The notes under the pieces: generated by a model
The model's database searches: none
The model's input: only the letters and a program-made list of their open reading frames with translations
What the model was told of the DNA's origin: nothing
From: Sedimenticolaceae bacterium
GTDB taxonomy: Bacteria; Pseudomonadota; Gammaproteobacteria; Chromatiales; Chromatiaceae
Reading direction: 5' to 3'
Length of the DNA stretch: 64,000 nt
Assembly (NCBI GenBank): GCA_050288625.1
Contig: JBNKEE010000046.1
Coordinates: 5,145 to 69,144, forward strand
Shown here: positions 22,221-30,396 of the stretch, one piece after another
Position numbering within the stretch: the stretch's first letter is position 1
Layout: every line of letters starts with the position of its first letter
Position numbers and translations under genes: made by a program

Positions 22221-22222
22221 GG

Positions 22223-22909
22223 CTATGAGTTATATATTGCCGCTAGGTATTTAGGGGGCACACCGAAAAAATAGGCCAGGCGTAACCACCACATCAATAG
22301 GACAGTTTTAACGATACCTTTTTGTTCCCATCTCCTGCTGGAAGTAATCAATCTCTGTTTGACGCAGACGGGTGATTTGAATCTCTTTAACCTAGTGCTT
22401 ATGGCTATATCTTCCATCAGTGGTATCTCAGGGAAGCCGCCTATCTGGTCGAATGCATAGCGCAACATAAATATACCATGGTCACCTGTGGCTATGCCGG
22501 TTATACATGAACGTAGGTTAATCATGAATTCGATTATACGGAAGATAGGCTGTCGGCCGGTAAGGCGCACATCAAATCTGCCCCAGATATTTTCTTTGTT
22601 GGTTAGGCATTCGATTATAGTGGCTTCTGCTGATGGGGGTGCGCTGGTATCTGCATGCAGGAACCAAAGTATATCGCCGGTGGCCTTGTTTGCCCCCTCG
22701 TTCATCTGAGTGGCGCGTCCCGTCTTGGATGTTACTACCTGATCCACCAGTGGCTGTGCAATCTCTACGGTGCGGTCGCTACTGCCGCCATCACTCAAGA
22801 TGATCTCATGGCCGCTGCTGCGGAGATGTTGTAGTGACGTAAGGGTGCGCTCAATACCCTCCTCTTCATTTAGTGTTGGGATGATGACGGATATCTTGAT
22901 ACAGAACAT
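22223..22909 (-). CDS. family 2 glycosyltransferase (TIGR04283-like, arsenosugar-cluster associated)
   Basis: 228 aa. ISVIIPTLNEE...EIILSDGGSSDRT and a DxD-like region typical of GT2. Lies 18 bp downstream of arsS. Confidence 0.7.
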   Translation of the reverse strand: MFCIKISVIIPTLNEEEGIERTLTSLQHLRSSGHEIILSDGGSSDRTVEIAQPLVDQVVTSKTGRATQMNEGANKATGDILWFLHADTSAPPSAEATIIECLTNKENIWGRFDVRLTGRQPIFRIIEFMINLRSCITGIATGDHGIFMLRYAFDQIGGFPEIPLMEDIAISTRLKRFKSPVCVKQRLITSSRRWEQKGIVKTVLLMWWLRLAYFFGVPPKYLAAIYNS

Positions 22910-22927
22910 TATTATATTTGTCAGGCG

Positions 22928-23890
22928 TTAGGTTAATGATCCACCACAACTGCTTCCACTACCTGCGGTGCAGCCATAGCAGTGGTCAGCCACGACAATC
23001 CGGTTGTTTTCGACGTCCTTTTGCAAAAGGTCTTTTAGATGCATGCGTTTATGTCCGTTGTATTTGAGTGGCAGATCAAGCATCTGATTAAAATCACAAT
23101 CATATATGTAACCTTCCCAATTAACGCTTAATAGATTCTTACACATGACGTTCTCAAGATTCTCATCCTTATGAGATGATTTGAGTAGCTGCATGTACTC
23201 ATCGAACTGGCCGTTTGAAACCAGAGAACTACCAAAACGTTTAATAGGCATGTTGGTTAGGGTGTATAGATTGTTGAAGACAATGCCGAAGCGTTGTAGA
23301 AGCTCTCTCCTATAATCTGCCATCAGACCTTCCTGGGAAGGAGGCAATGCGGGACCTGCGGGATTGTATACCAGGCTCAATTGTAGGTCGCTACCATCGC
23401 TGCCATAACCCTTTGAATTTAGTTTTTTCAAAGCGCTGACGCTGGACTGATAGACTCCTTCGCCGCGCTGCGCGTCCACGTTTTCTTGCAGGTAACAGGG
23501 AAGGGACGCCACGACTTCGACTCGATGCTTTGCCAGGAAGTCTGCCAAATCTTCATATCCCGGTTCATTCAGTATGGTCAGGTTGCAGCGATCGATGATC
23601 TTTATCCCGGTGTCGCTGGCATTCTGCACCAGGAACCTGAAATCCGGGTGCATCTCTGGGGCTCCGCCGGTGATGTCCAGCGTCTCTACTGATTTGTTAT
23701 TAAGTAGTTCTAGCAGCAGTCTGATGTTGTCTTGCGACATCATCTCTTTGCGTGTGGGTCCGGCATTTACATGACAATGCAGACATCTTTGGTTGCATCT
23801 GTAACCTAGATTAACCTGGATTGTCTTCACTTTGTTGCGGCGAATCTCAGGGAAGTTACTATCTATCAGTAGCGGAAGGGTGTCATGCAT
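22928..23890 (-). CDS. arsS: arsenosugar biosynthesis radical SAM protein ArsS (radical SAM/Cys-rich family)
   Basis: 320 aa. CxxxCxxC as CNQRCLHC near the N-terminus and the C-terminal Cys-rich tail CYGCTAGSGSSCGGSL characteristic of this family. Confidence 0.8.
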   Translation of the reverse strand: MHDTLPLLIDSNFPEIRRNKVKTIQVNLGYRCNQRCLHCHVNAGPTRKEMMSQDNIRLLLELLNNKSVETLDITGGAPEMHPDFRFLVQNASDTGIKIIDRCNLTILNEPGYEDLADFLAKHRVEVVASLPCYLQENVDAQRGEGVYQSSVSALKKLNSKGYGSDGSDLQLSLVYNPAGPALPPSQEGLMADYRRELLQRFGIVFNNLYTLTNMPIKRFGSSLVSNGQFDEYMQLLKSSHKDENLENVMCKNLLSVNWEGYIYDCDFNQMLDLPLKYNGHKRMHLKDLLQKDVENNRIVVADHCYGCTAGSGSSCGGSLT

Positions 23891-23937
23891 TTGTTACCAC
23901 CTGTGCTGCTCGATTGGATTGGTATGATTGTATATTC

Positions 23938-24342
23938 CTATATCCTCTTTGGGATTTCGGTGATTACCTTCTCGATCATTTCATCCAGGTTCTGATCCAG
24001 TACTTCAGTCAATTGATTCCTTATCCTCTGCTCCAGCTCCGAGGCTATTCCTGATACCGCTTTGGCGGCAACATCCTGTGCAATATCGTCAAGATTTTTT
24101 TTAACCTTTGATCTGAGTTGGTTCCGCAAGGCGTTGGCCAGGATCTCATTATTGGGGACTGTTAGAGCGCGCTTAAGTGTATCGGACGATGTCTTGGCTG
24201 GTGCGTGTGTTTCTGGCCTTGGCTCAGTCTTGTCAGGGATTATCTCTTCCAGTATAGGGATACCCATGTCATCTACAGCTATGTCGTTGCCGTTGTTTCC
24301 TGTCTGATCTGGAATTGGGTTGTCGGGACGGTCATTGCTCAT
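23938..24342 (-). CDS. hypothetical acidic protein
   Basis: 134 aa. Disordered Pro/Asp/Asn-rich N-half and a helical C-half, with no recognisable motif. Tightly packed (3 bp) behind holC, so probably expressed. Confidence 0.45.
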   Translation of the reverse strand: MSNDRPDNPIPDQTGNNGNDIAVDDMGIPILEEIIPDKTEPRPETHAPAKTSSDTLKRALTVPNNEILANALRNQLRSKVKKNLDDIAQDVAAKAVSGIASELEQRIRNQLTEVLDQNLDEMIEKVITEIPKRI

Positions 24343-24345
24343 AGT

Positions 24346-24771
24346 CTATATCTCGTGAGTCTTAAGTTGGTAGCCGCGGTCTCGATAGAAACAATAGCGA
24401 CTGCGTCCTGAGTTCTTTATCTCGCTGTCATGGTCTATAAATTCGGCCACCCTTTGAAATCTACTGAAAAACTGCGGGACCTCGGTGGCCAGGTTAAGCA
24501 GCACATCATGTTCATCTCCTATATCTCCCTGGTGACCAATCAATACTGGATTTAGTTCCGTATCGGCGTTTGAAAACATGGAGTGGGGTATAAAGCTGTC
24601 CTGACGTAAGGTCCAAAGCAGTCTATCTATGTGCTGTGTTTCCGCATCGGAGTTGGTATGTAGGTAGACCCTATGACCCTGTTGCCAAGCCTTTCCAGCC
24701 AGACGACAGGCCATGGTGAAGCGGTCCCCACTTGATTGGTCCCTCAATATATAGAAGTCTACCTGAGTCAT
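24346..24771 (-). CDS. holC: DNA polymerase III subunit chi
   Basis: 141 aa. VDFYIL......R...ACRLAGKAW..GHRVY.......A..ID.LLW......FIPH matches HolC. Classical pepA-holC pairing. Confidence 0.88.
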   Translation of the reverse strand: MTQVDFYILRDQSSGDRFTMACRLAGKAWQQGHRVYLHTNSDAETQHIDRLLWTLRQDSFIPHSMFSNADTELNPVLIGHQGDIGDEHDVLLNLATEVPQFFSRFQRVAEFIDHDSEIKNSGRSRYCFYRDRGYQLKTHEI

Positions 24772-24778
24772 AATGTAG

Positions 24779-26278
24779 TTATCCGTCCAGACGGCAACGT
24801 TTCAGCAGAAATTGCGTTAGGAGCGGAACTGGGCGTCCGGTGGCTGATTTGGTGGATCCTGTGGTCCAGGCACTGCCTGCTATATCCAGATGCGCCCACT
24901 TGAACTCCTGAGTGAAGCGGGAGAGAAAACAGGCTGCAGTTATGGTGCCGGCCCACTTGCCACCGATGTTGGCAATGTCTGCCGCCTTGCTGTCGATCAT
25001 CTCCTGATACTCATCCCATAGGGGGAGTTGCCATGCTCGGTCCCCAGTGACACAGCCTGCATCCAACAACTCTTGGGCTAGGTCGTCATTGTTTGCCAGC
25101 AGGCCCGAGGCATGTTTTCCCAGTGCGACCACGCAAGCACCGGTGAGGGTGGCTATATCGATCACTGCTGCAGGGTTGTAACGTTCGGCATAGGTGAGAG
25201 CGTCGCACAGGATTAGTCTGCCTTCAGCGTCCGTGTTTAAGATCTCTATGGTCTTGCCAGACATGCTGGTGACTATATCGCCTGGCTTATTGGCGGCGCC
25301 GTCTGGCAGGTTCTCTGACGTGGGTATCAGCCCAATCAGGTTTATCGGCAGTTTTAACTCGACACAGGCGGACATCACTCCTAATACGCTGGCGCCTCCA
25401 CACATATCGTATTTCATCTCTTCCATGCCGGCAGATGGCTTTAAGGATATGCCTCCGGCATCGAAGGTGAGACCCTTACCAACTAGCACGACCGGTTTGG
25501 ACTTGGGTTTTCCTCCCCGGTATTCCATCACGATAAGCTTGGCCGGCTGTCTACTGCCCTTGGCCACCGAGAGTAGAGAGCCCATGCCCAACTTTTTCAT
25601 CTGCGCCTCGTCTAGTATCTCCACCTTCAACTTGCGTGACTTGCGTTTCAGCCCTTTAGCTTGATCGGCCAGATAGGTGGGGGTACAGATGTTGCCAGGC
25701 AGGTTGCCCAGGTCCTTAGTCATGGTGACAGATGCGGCTATGGCCTGACCATGCTCCAGTCCTAGTTTGGCCTTCTTGTTCTGTCTGCCATCGGTTAGCA
25801 TCAGGGTTAGTTTCTTCAGGGGGCGTTTGCCATTATCGGAATCGCTTTTGCACTGGTTGAAACTATATATTGCCTCCTCCGCTGCTATGACAGTATCCCG
25901 GTAGATGGAGTAAGTTGAAGCGTCTTTGGGGGCAAGTAGCGGTAAACATGTTGACGCCTCGGCGGCACCGCCATCCTTCAGTGCGGATACGGCCATGCTC
26001 ACAGCCTTGCGATAGGCGGTCATGGTGAAGTCCTTCTCTTTGCCGCAACCTATTAGCAGTATGCGTTTGCACGGGAGCCCCTGGGGGTTATAAAGCATCA
26101 GGGTCTGCCCCAGTTTGCCGTCGATATCTCCACTTTTCAGGATCTGTCGCAGCTGGCCTTTGCTCGCTTTATCAACGGAATCTGAGCACTCTGGTAATCT
26201 ACGTTTTTCAAAGACCCCTAGGATCAGACAGGCGGTGCGCTGAGTGGATGGAACACCGGATTTGACATGAAATTCCAC
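24779..26278 (-). CDS. pepA: leucyl aminopeptidase (M17)
   Basis: 499 aa. VGKGLTFDAGGISLKP, MKYDMCGGA and NTDAEGRLILCDAL signatures. Confidence 0.95.
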   Translation of the reverse strand: MEFHVKSGVPSTQRTACLILGVFEKRRLPECSDSVDKASKGQLRQILKSGDIDGKLGQTLMLYNPQGLPCKRILLIGCGKEKDFTMTAYRKAVSMAVSALKDGGAAEASTCLPLLAPKDASTYSIYRDTVIAAEEAIYSFNQCKSDSDNGKRPLKKLTLMLTDGRQNKKAKLGLEHGQAIAASVTMTKDLGNLPGNICTPTYLADQAKGLKRKSRKLKVEILDEAQMKKLGMGSLLSVAKGSRQPAKLIVMEYRGGKPKSKPVVLVGKGLTFDAGGISLKPSAGMEEMKYDMCGGASVLGVMSACVELKLPINLIGLIPTSENLPDGAANKPGDIVTSMSGKTIEILNTDAEGRLILCDALTYAERYNPAAVIDIATLTGACVVALGKHASGLLANNDDLAQELLDAGCVTGDRAWQLPLWDEYQEMIDSKAADIANIGGKWAGTITAACFLSRFTQEFKWAHLDIAGSAWTTGSTKSATGRPVPLLTQFLLKRCRLDG

Positions 26279-26540
26279 TTTAACTCCCTGGTATTTTCAT
26301 AGGTCTTAGGGCTATAGGACCTTGGATGAACTACTATGATAGCCCGGATGTCATACTTGCCATCGTTGCCATTTGAACACAAACTCGGCCTGTCAGCGAA
26401 TTGATCAGACGCACCTTGTTCTCAAATATCCTATTTTTCGATAGGATGGGCAGATACCGACTAGTCTACAAAAAATGACAATATTTACCACTGCATTCAC
26501 ATAAACAGAGAAATAGCATTAATAGGCCCCAATTCACCAC

Positions 26541-27647
26541 ATGATTTCGATTATCGATCGTTATATTTTGCGGGAGGTTACCAAAACCTTCCTGGCTATT
26601 CTCTCTGTACTGTTTCTTATATTTACCAGTAACAGCTTTATCAAGATATTGCAGAAGGCGGTATCTGGCACCATAGGTAATGATGTGCTGTTTCAACTGG
26701 TGGCGCTGAAGTCGGTAGTCATTCTGGGGACGGTCATACCTCCGGCCTTCTTTTTTGCGGTCCTCTATGCCATAGGGCGTATGTATAGAGATAGTGAAAT
26801 GACTGCCCTGGCAAGTTGCGGCTTCGGATTTAGAAGGATCTACCGTGCAGTTAGCTTTGCATCGGTACCGGTCTCCATTATTGTGGCTCTGTTGACGATC
26901 CTGGCAATGCCCTGGTCGGAAAGCACGTCTGCCAAGATCTATGACCGACAGGAGGATGAAGCTGAGTTAAGTAGCGCCACGGCCGGTAGTTTTAATGAGT
27001 TTAAGCAGGGCGATGTGCTTTTCTTTGCGGAGGAGATGTCCAGCGACAAGACCAAGATCCTGAATATCTTCGTGCAAAATAGGCAGCAGGGTGAATTGGG
27101 CCTTATGACAGCGGCAAAAGGATATCAATATGTTGAGGAAGAGACGGGGGACCGTTTCATTGTATTGCAGAACGCCCACCGTTATGTTGGAAATCCTGGA
27201 GAGACTGAGTTCTCGGTAGGAGAGATGGAAGAGGTCGGTTTCAGGGTAGAAACAAAACAGGATAGAGTGGTGGTTTTGGAGAGAGAGGCTCTTAGTACCT
27301 TGTCTCTTTTTGGTTCTAAAGACAAAGGCCAGATGTCGGAATTGCAATATCGTATTTTTATGCCGTTGTCGGTATTTGTTTTTGCTTTGGCCGGTGTGAT
27401 CCTCAGCAGGTCCATGCCACGTGAAGGCACTTCTGTCCGCATTGTCCTGTCGATACTGTTTTACACGATATTTCTCAATCTGCAGGCGATGTCGAGCAGT
27501 TGGATGAGGAATGGCGTTACACCGCTTTGGCTTGGTAGATGGTGGGTATATATCGTTGTCTTATTGTTGATATGGGCTATGTATGTTGTTAGGTCTCAAC
27601 AGTTCGGACAGACCGCCAAGCAGCTGTTCAGGAAGTTTGCCCGATGA
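26541..27647 (+). CDS. lptF: LPS export ABC transporter permease LptF
   Basis: 368 aa. N-terminal IIDRYILREV, six TM pattern with a periplasmic insert. 4-nt overlap with lptG and divergent from pepA, as in E. coli. Confidence 0.88.
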   Translation: MISIIDRYILREVTKTFLAILSVLFLIFTSNSFIKILQKAVSGTIGNDVLFQLVALKSVVILGTVIPPAFFFAVLYAIGRMYRDSEMTALASCGFGFRRIYRAVSFASVPVSIIVALLTILAMPWSESTSAKIYDRQEDEAELSSATAGSFNEFKQGDVLFFAEEMSSDKTKILNIFVQNRQQGELGLMTAAKGYQYVEEETGDRFIVLQNAHRYVGNPGETEFSVGEMEEVGFRVETKQDRVVVLEREALSTLSLFGSKDKGQMSELQYRIFMPLSVFVFALAGVILSRSMPREGTSVRIVLSILFYTIFLNLQAMSSSWMRNGVTPLWLGRWWVYIVVLLLIWAMYVVRSQQFGQTAKQLFRKFAR

Positions 27648-28708
27648 GATTGTTGCAGAGACATATCGGCAAAACGGTAATTGTAAATATCGTCATCGCA
27701 TTGGTAGTGCTGTTAGGTTTGGTGTCGGTAGGCACCTTTATGTCCGAGTTAAGCGATGTAGGCGAGGGTACTTATCAGACTTCAGATGCGTTCATATATG
27801 TGATGATGGTTACGCCGCGCAGGATCTACGAGATATTTCCCATAGCGGTACTGTTAGGCAGTCTTATCGGTCTTGGGGGGTTGGCCAGCCACTCTGAACT
27901 GACAGCCATGCGCGCTGCAGGTGTTTCGCTAAAAGAGATAATTATGTCTGCTCTCAAGGCTGGTGTCCTGATGATGTGCATAATCGTGGTGATTGGAGAG
28001 ATCATTGCCCCGAATACAGAGCAGTATGCTGAGACCATGCGGGCATCCAAGCTGTCAGACCAGATTACCCTTAAGTCAGAATACGGTTTTTGGGCCAGGG
28101 ATAGGAACACCTTTGTCAATATTCGCAAGATATTGCCGGGGGCCAGACTTCAGGATATCTATATATATGAGTTCTCAGATGATCGAAAGCTGAAGGTCGC
28201 CAGTTATGCGTCATTCGCCCAATACAGGGACGACCGTTGGTTGCTGAATAACATTAAGCAGTCTCTATTTACTTCAAACGGTGTGATCAGCAGGAATATC
28301 GAGCGGGCTGCATGGGAGTCCATGATAGATCCTGGCGTGCTGAGTGTGGTGGTGGTTAGACCTACCATGCTTGCTGCCTGGGGGCTGTTTAAGTACGTCA
28401 GCTTTTTGCATAGCAACGGTCAAAGTGCCATCCCTTTTGAGGTGGCGTTCTGGAGCAAGATAGTCTCTCCGGTGATGACGCTGGTTATGGTGTTCCTGTC
28501 GGTTCCGTTTGTTTTCGGTTCACTCAGGAGCGTTGGCATAGGTCAGAGGGTGTTTGCAGGGTCGTTGCTTGGCACGGGATTCTTTCTTTTGAGCAAGATC
28601 CTAAGCCACATGGCTGTGGTGTATGAGCTTAATCCTCTATTTGCGGCAACGTTCCCGGCGTTTGCCATGTTGGGATTGGCGGCTTGGCTATTTAGAAAAG
28701 TACATTAA
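27644..28708 (+). CDS. lptG: LPS export ABC transporter permease LptG
   Basis: 354 aa with the same YjgP/YjgQ architecture. ATGA overlap with lptF. Confidence 0.88.
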   Translation: MRLLQRHIGKTVIVNIVIALVVLLGLVSVGTFMSELSDVGEGTYQTSDAFIYVMMVTPRRIYEIFPIAVLLGSLIGLGGLASHSELTAMRAAGVSLKEIIMSALKAGVLMMCIIVVIGEIIAPNTEQYAETMRASKLSDQITLKSEYGFWARDRNTFVNIRKILPGARLQDIYIYEFSDDRKLKVASYASFAQYRDDRWLLNNIKQSLFTSNGVISRNIERAAWESMIDPGVLSVVVVRPTMLAAWGLFKYVSFLHSNGQSAIPFEVAFWSKIVSPVMTLVMVFLSVPFVFGSLRSVGIGQRVFAGSLLGTGFFLLSKILSHMAVVYELNPLFAATFPAFAMLGLAAWLFRKVH

Positions 28709-28836
28709 TCTTTCTCATGTGAGCGCCATACTGCGTTAACATCCTATTCAAGACGCTCATTTACCATGTGTTAATTGTACATTTTCGGATGGTATTGCTT
28801 TGTCTTGCTCTCACCTGAGCGAATTTAAGTAACAAG

Positions 28837-29304
28837 CTATTTCTTTATTAAAACTAGTCTGGTCTTTGATATGCGGTCGTGCCAGGCCAAGCCCTTCTTG
28901 TCCACCAGAATCCAGATAAAGCCAAGACCAAAAATCACCCAGGAGAGTATGGCGGCAAAGTAGCGCAAAAGGGCGTCTTTGAATCTCAGATTCTGACCGT
29001 TATCACGTATTACCTTGAGTCGCCAGGCCCGCATACCTAGGGTTTGGCCGCCACGCATCCAAAACAGGATGTGAAATCCGATCATGACACAGAAGAGATA
29101 GGCGATATAGAACGGGTTGGAGCGAAGGTTCGTTGCGTCGAAGTTTTCCTGCCCGTGGATCAGGTTAAGTGGGATCGTTACCAGGGCGACGGCCATCAGC
29201 AGCACAGCTGTGACCAGCAAGGCATCATAAAAGATAGCGATCAGGCGGCGCCAAAAACTGGGAGTGGTCCACTGTCCTGGGTCAATGTCGTTGCTGGTTA
29301 TCAT
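28837..29304 (-). CDS. RDD family membrane protein
   Basis: 155 aa. R..A...YD near TM1, GQTLGMRAW.LKV and WHDRISKTRLV are typical of RDD. Confidence 0.75.
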   Translation of the reverse strand: MITSNDIDPGQWTTPSFWRRLIAIFYDALLVTAVLLMAVALVTIPLNLIHGQENFDATNLRSNPFYIAYLFCVMIGFHILFWMRGGQTLGMRAWRLKVIRDNGQNLRFKDALLRYFAAILSWVIFGLGFIWILVDKKGLAWHDRISKTRLVLIKK

Positions 29305-29318
29305 CTGGATTCTGGTTA

Positions 29319-29762
29319 TTAGTTACAGAGCTTTGAAAGCTTGATGTCACCGTTTTGTTTTATCGACAGAGGCACATCTGCTTCCCCTGCGTAGACCACA
29401 AGCAGTTCCGTATCTTCAGTAAATATGCCTTTATGCCAGGTATTCATCACCTCAATAAATGCTTCCCCCGCCTTAAACAACTTCTCTTTTCCCGTTGACC
29501 TCACCACTTTGACGCTACCTTTCAATACATAGGCCGCAAGCGGTATGGTGTGACAATGCAGTGGGAGGATGATCTCCTGGTCGTTCACATCTATGGCGAT
29601 CTTTTGCACTGTCATCTCTGGGTTTTTGTGTGGGTATTGAATGGCGCCGCCGTCCCAGCTTGTTGAGCCCTTAGCGAGGATCTCAGCGCTTACCTCTTGT
29701 GCTATGGTTGGGTTTTGTATGAGCAGCAATAGACAGGCTGCAACTGTTAAACAATATTTCAT
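29319..29762 (-). CDS. secreted cupin-domain protein
   Basis: 147 aa. Signal peptide ending TIAQE. A beta-barrel region with LHCHTIP...G and W.KG resembles cupin_2. No specific family recognised. Confidence 0.55.
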   Translation of the reverse strand: MKYCLTVAACLLLLIQNPTIAQEVSAEILAKGSTSWDGGAIQYPHKNPEMTVQKIAIDVNDQEIILPLHCHTIPLAAYVLKGSVKVVRSTGKEKLFKAGEAFIEVMNTWHKGIFTEDTELLVVYAGEADVPLSIKQNGDIKLSKLCN

Positions 29763-29789
29763 CTTGTCCCCTTTGTTGTGAAAACTTAA

Positions 29790-30386
29790 CTAGCCAACTA
29801 TACCTAATACCCGTTTTCTAAACTTAACTCCTGACTCCAAAGCTATCTGCTCACAGGCCTGGATATCCACCCCGTCCAGCCCTTCAAGTGCGGTGGCTGT
29901 AACATCATTAATGTATTTTGGTGCCAGCCTAAGAAAATTTAGTACGGCTTGATATGATCCCTCCATTGCCGGTAGGCAGTGGCGGTTATATACATCCTCA
30001 TCCTGGGCGTTTATAGACACTGATAGGGCGTCTACACACTCACTTAGCTCTGGCAGAACGTTGCGTTTGTGTACCAGATTGGCCAGGCCGTCGGTATTGA
30101 TACGCACTCGGCCACCATTTTCTTTGATGTGGCGCGCCACCTCTAGCAGTACCTTGAGACGCAATGTGGGTTCGCCATAACCGCAGAAGACGAATTCGGA
30201 ATAGGCCGAGACATCATCTATTGAATCTATCACCTCTTGTGCAGATGGGCGGTGATCCAGGCTTAGGTCATACTCATGCAACTGCGTGGTCCCGCAGTTT
30301 TTGGGGCAGAAAGAACAGCCTAGGGTACAGCGGTCTGTGATATTCAGGTAGAGACGATCGTCTATCTGATAACTGATCTGGTTCAT
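29790..30386 (-). CDS. small radical SAM protein (TatD-associated TIGR04038-like)
   Basis: 198 aa. LYLNITDRCTLGCSFCPK (CxxxCxxC variant C-x3-C-x2-C) and FCGYGEPT. The size and N-terminus resemble the TatD-family-associated radical SAM group. Confidence 0.65.
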   Translation of the reverse strand: MNQISYQIDDRLYLNITDRCTLGCSFCPKNCGTTQLHEYDLSLDHRPSAQEVIDSIDDVSAYSEFVFCGYGEPTLRLKVLLEVARHIKENGGRVRINTDGLANLVHKRNVLPELSECVDALSVSINAQDEDVYNRHCLPAMEGSYQAVLNFLRLAPKYINDVTATALEGLDGVDIQACEQIALESGVKFRKRVLGIVG

Positions 30387-30396
30387 CTAATCTACT

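Noticed and set aside
26428-26447. A 7-6-7 palindrome ATCCTAT-TTTTCG-ATAGGAT in the pepA/lptF divergent region, considered as an operator.
   Set aside because: It is a single short AT-rich palindrome in AT-rich intergenic DNA, with no cognate regulator nearby and no way to judge conservation here.
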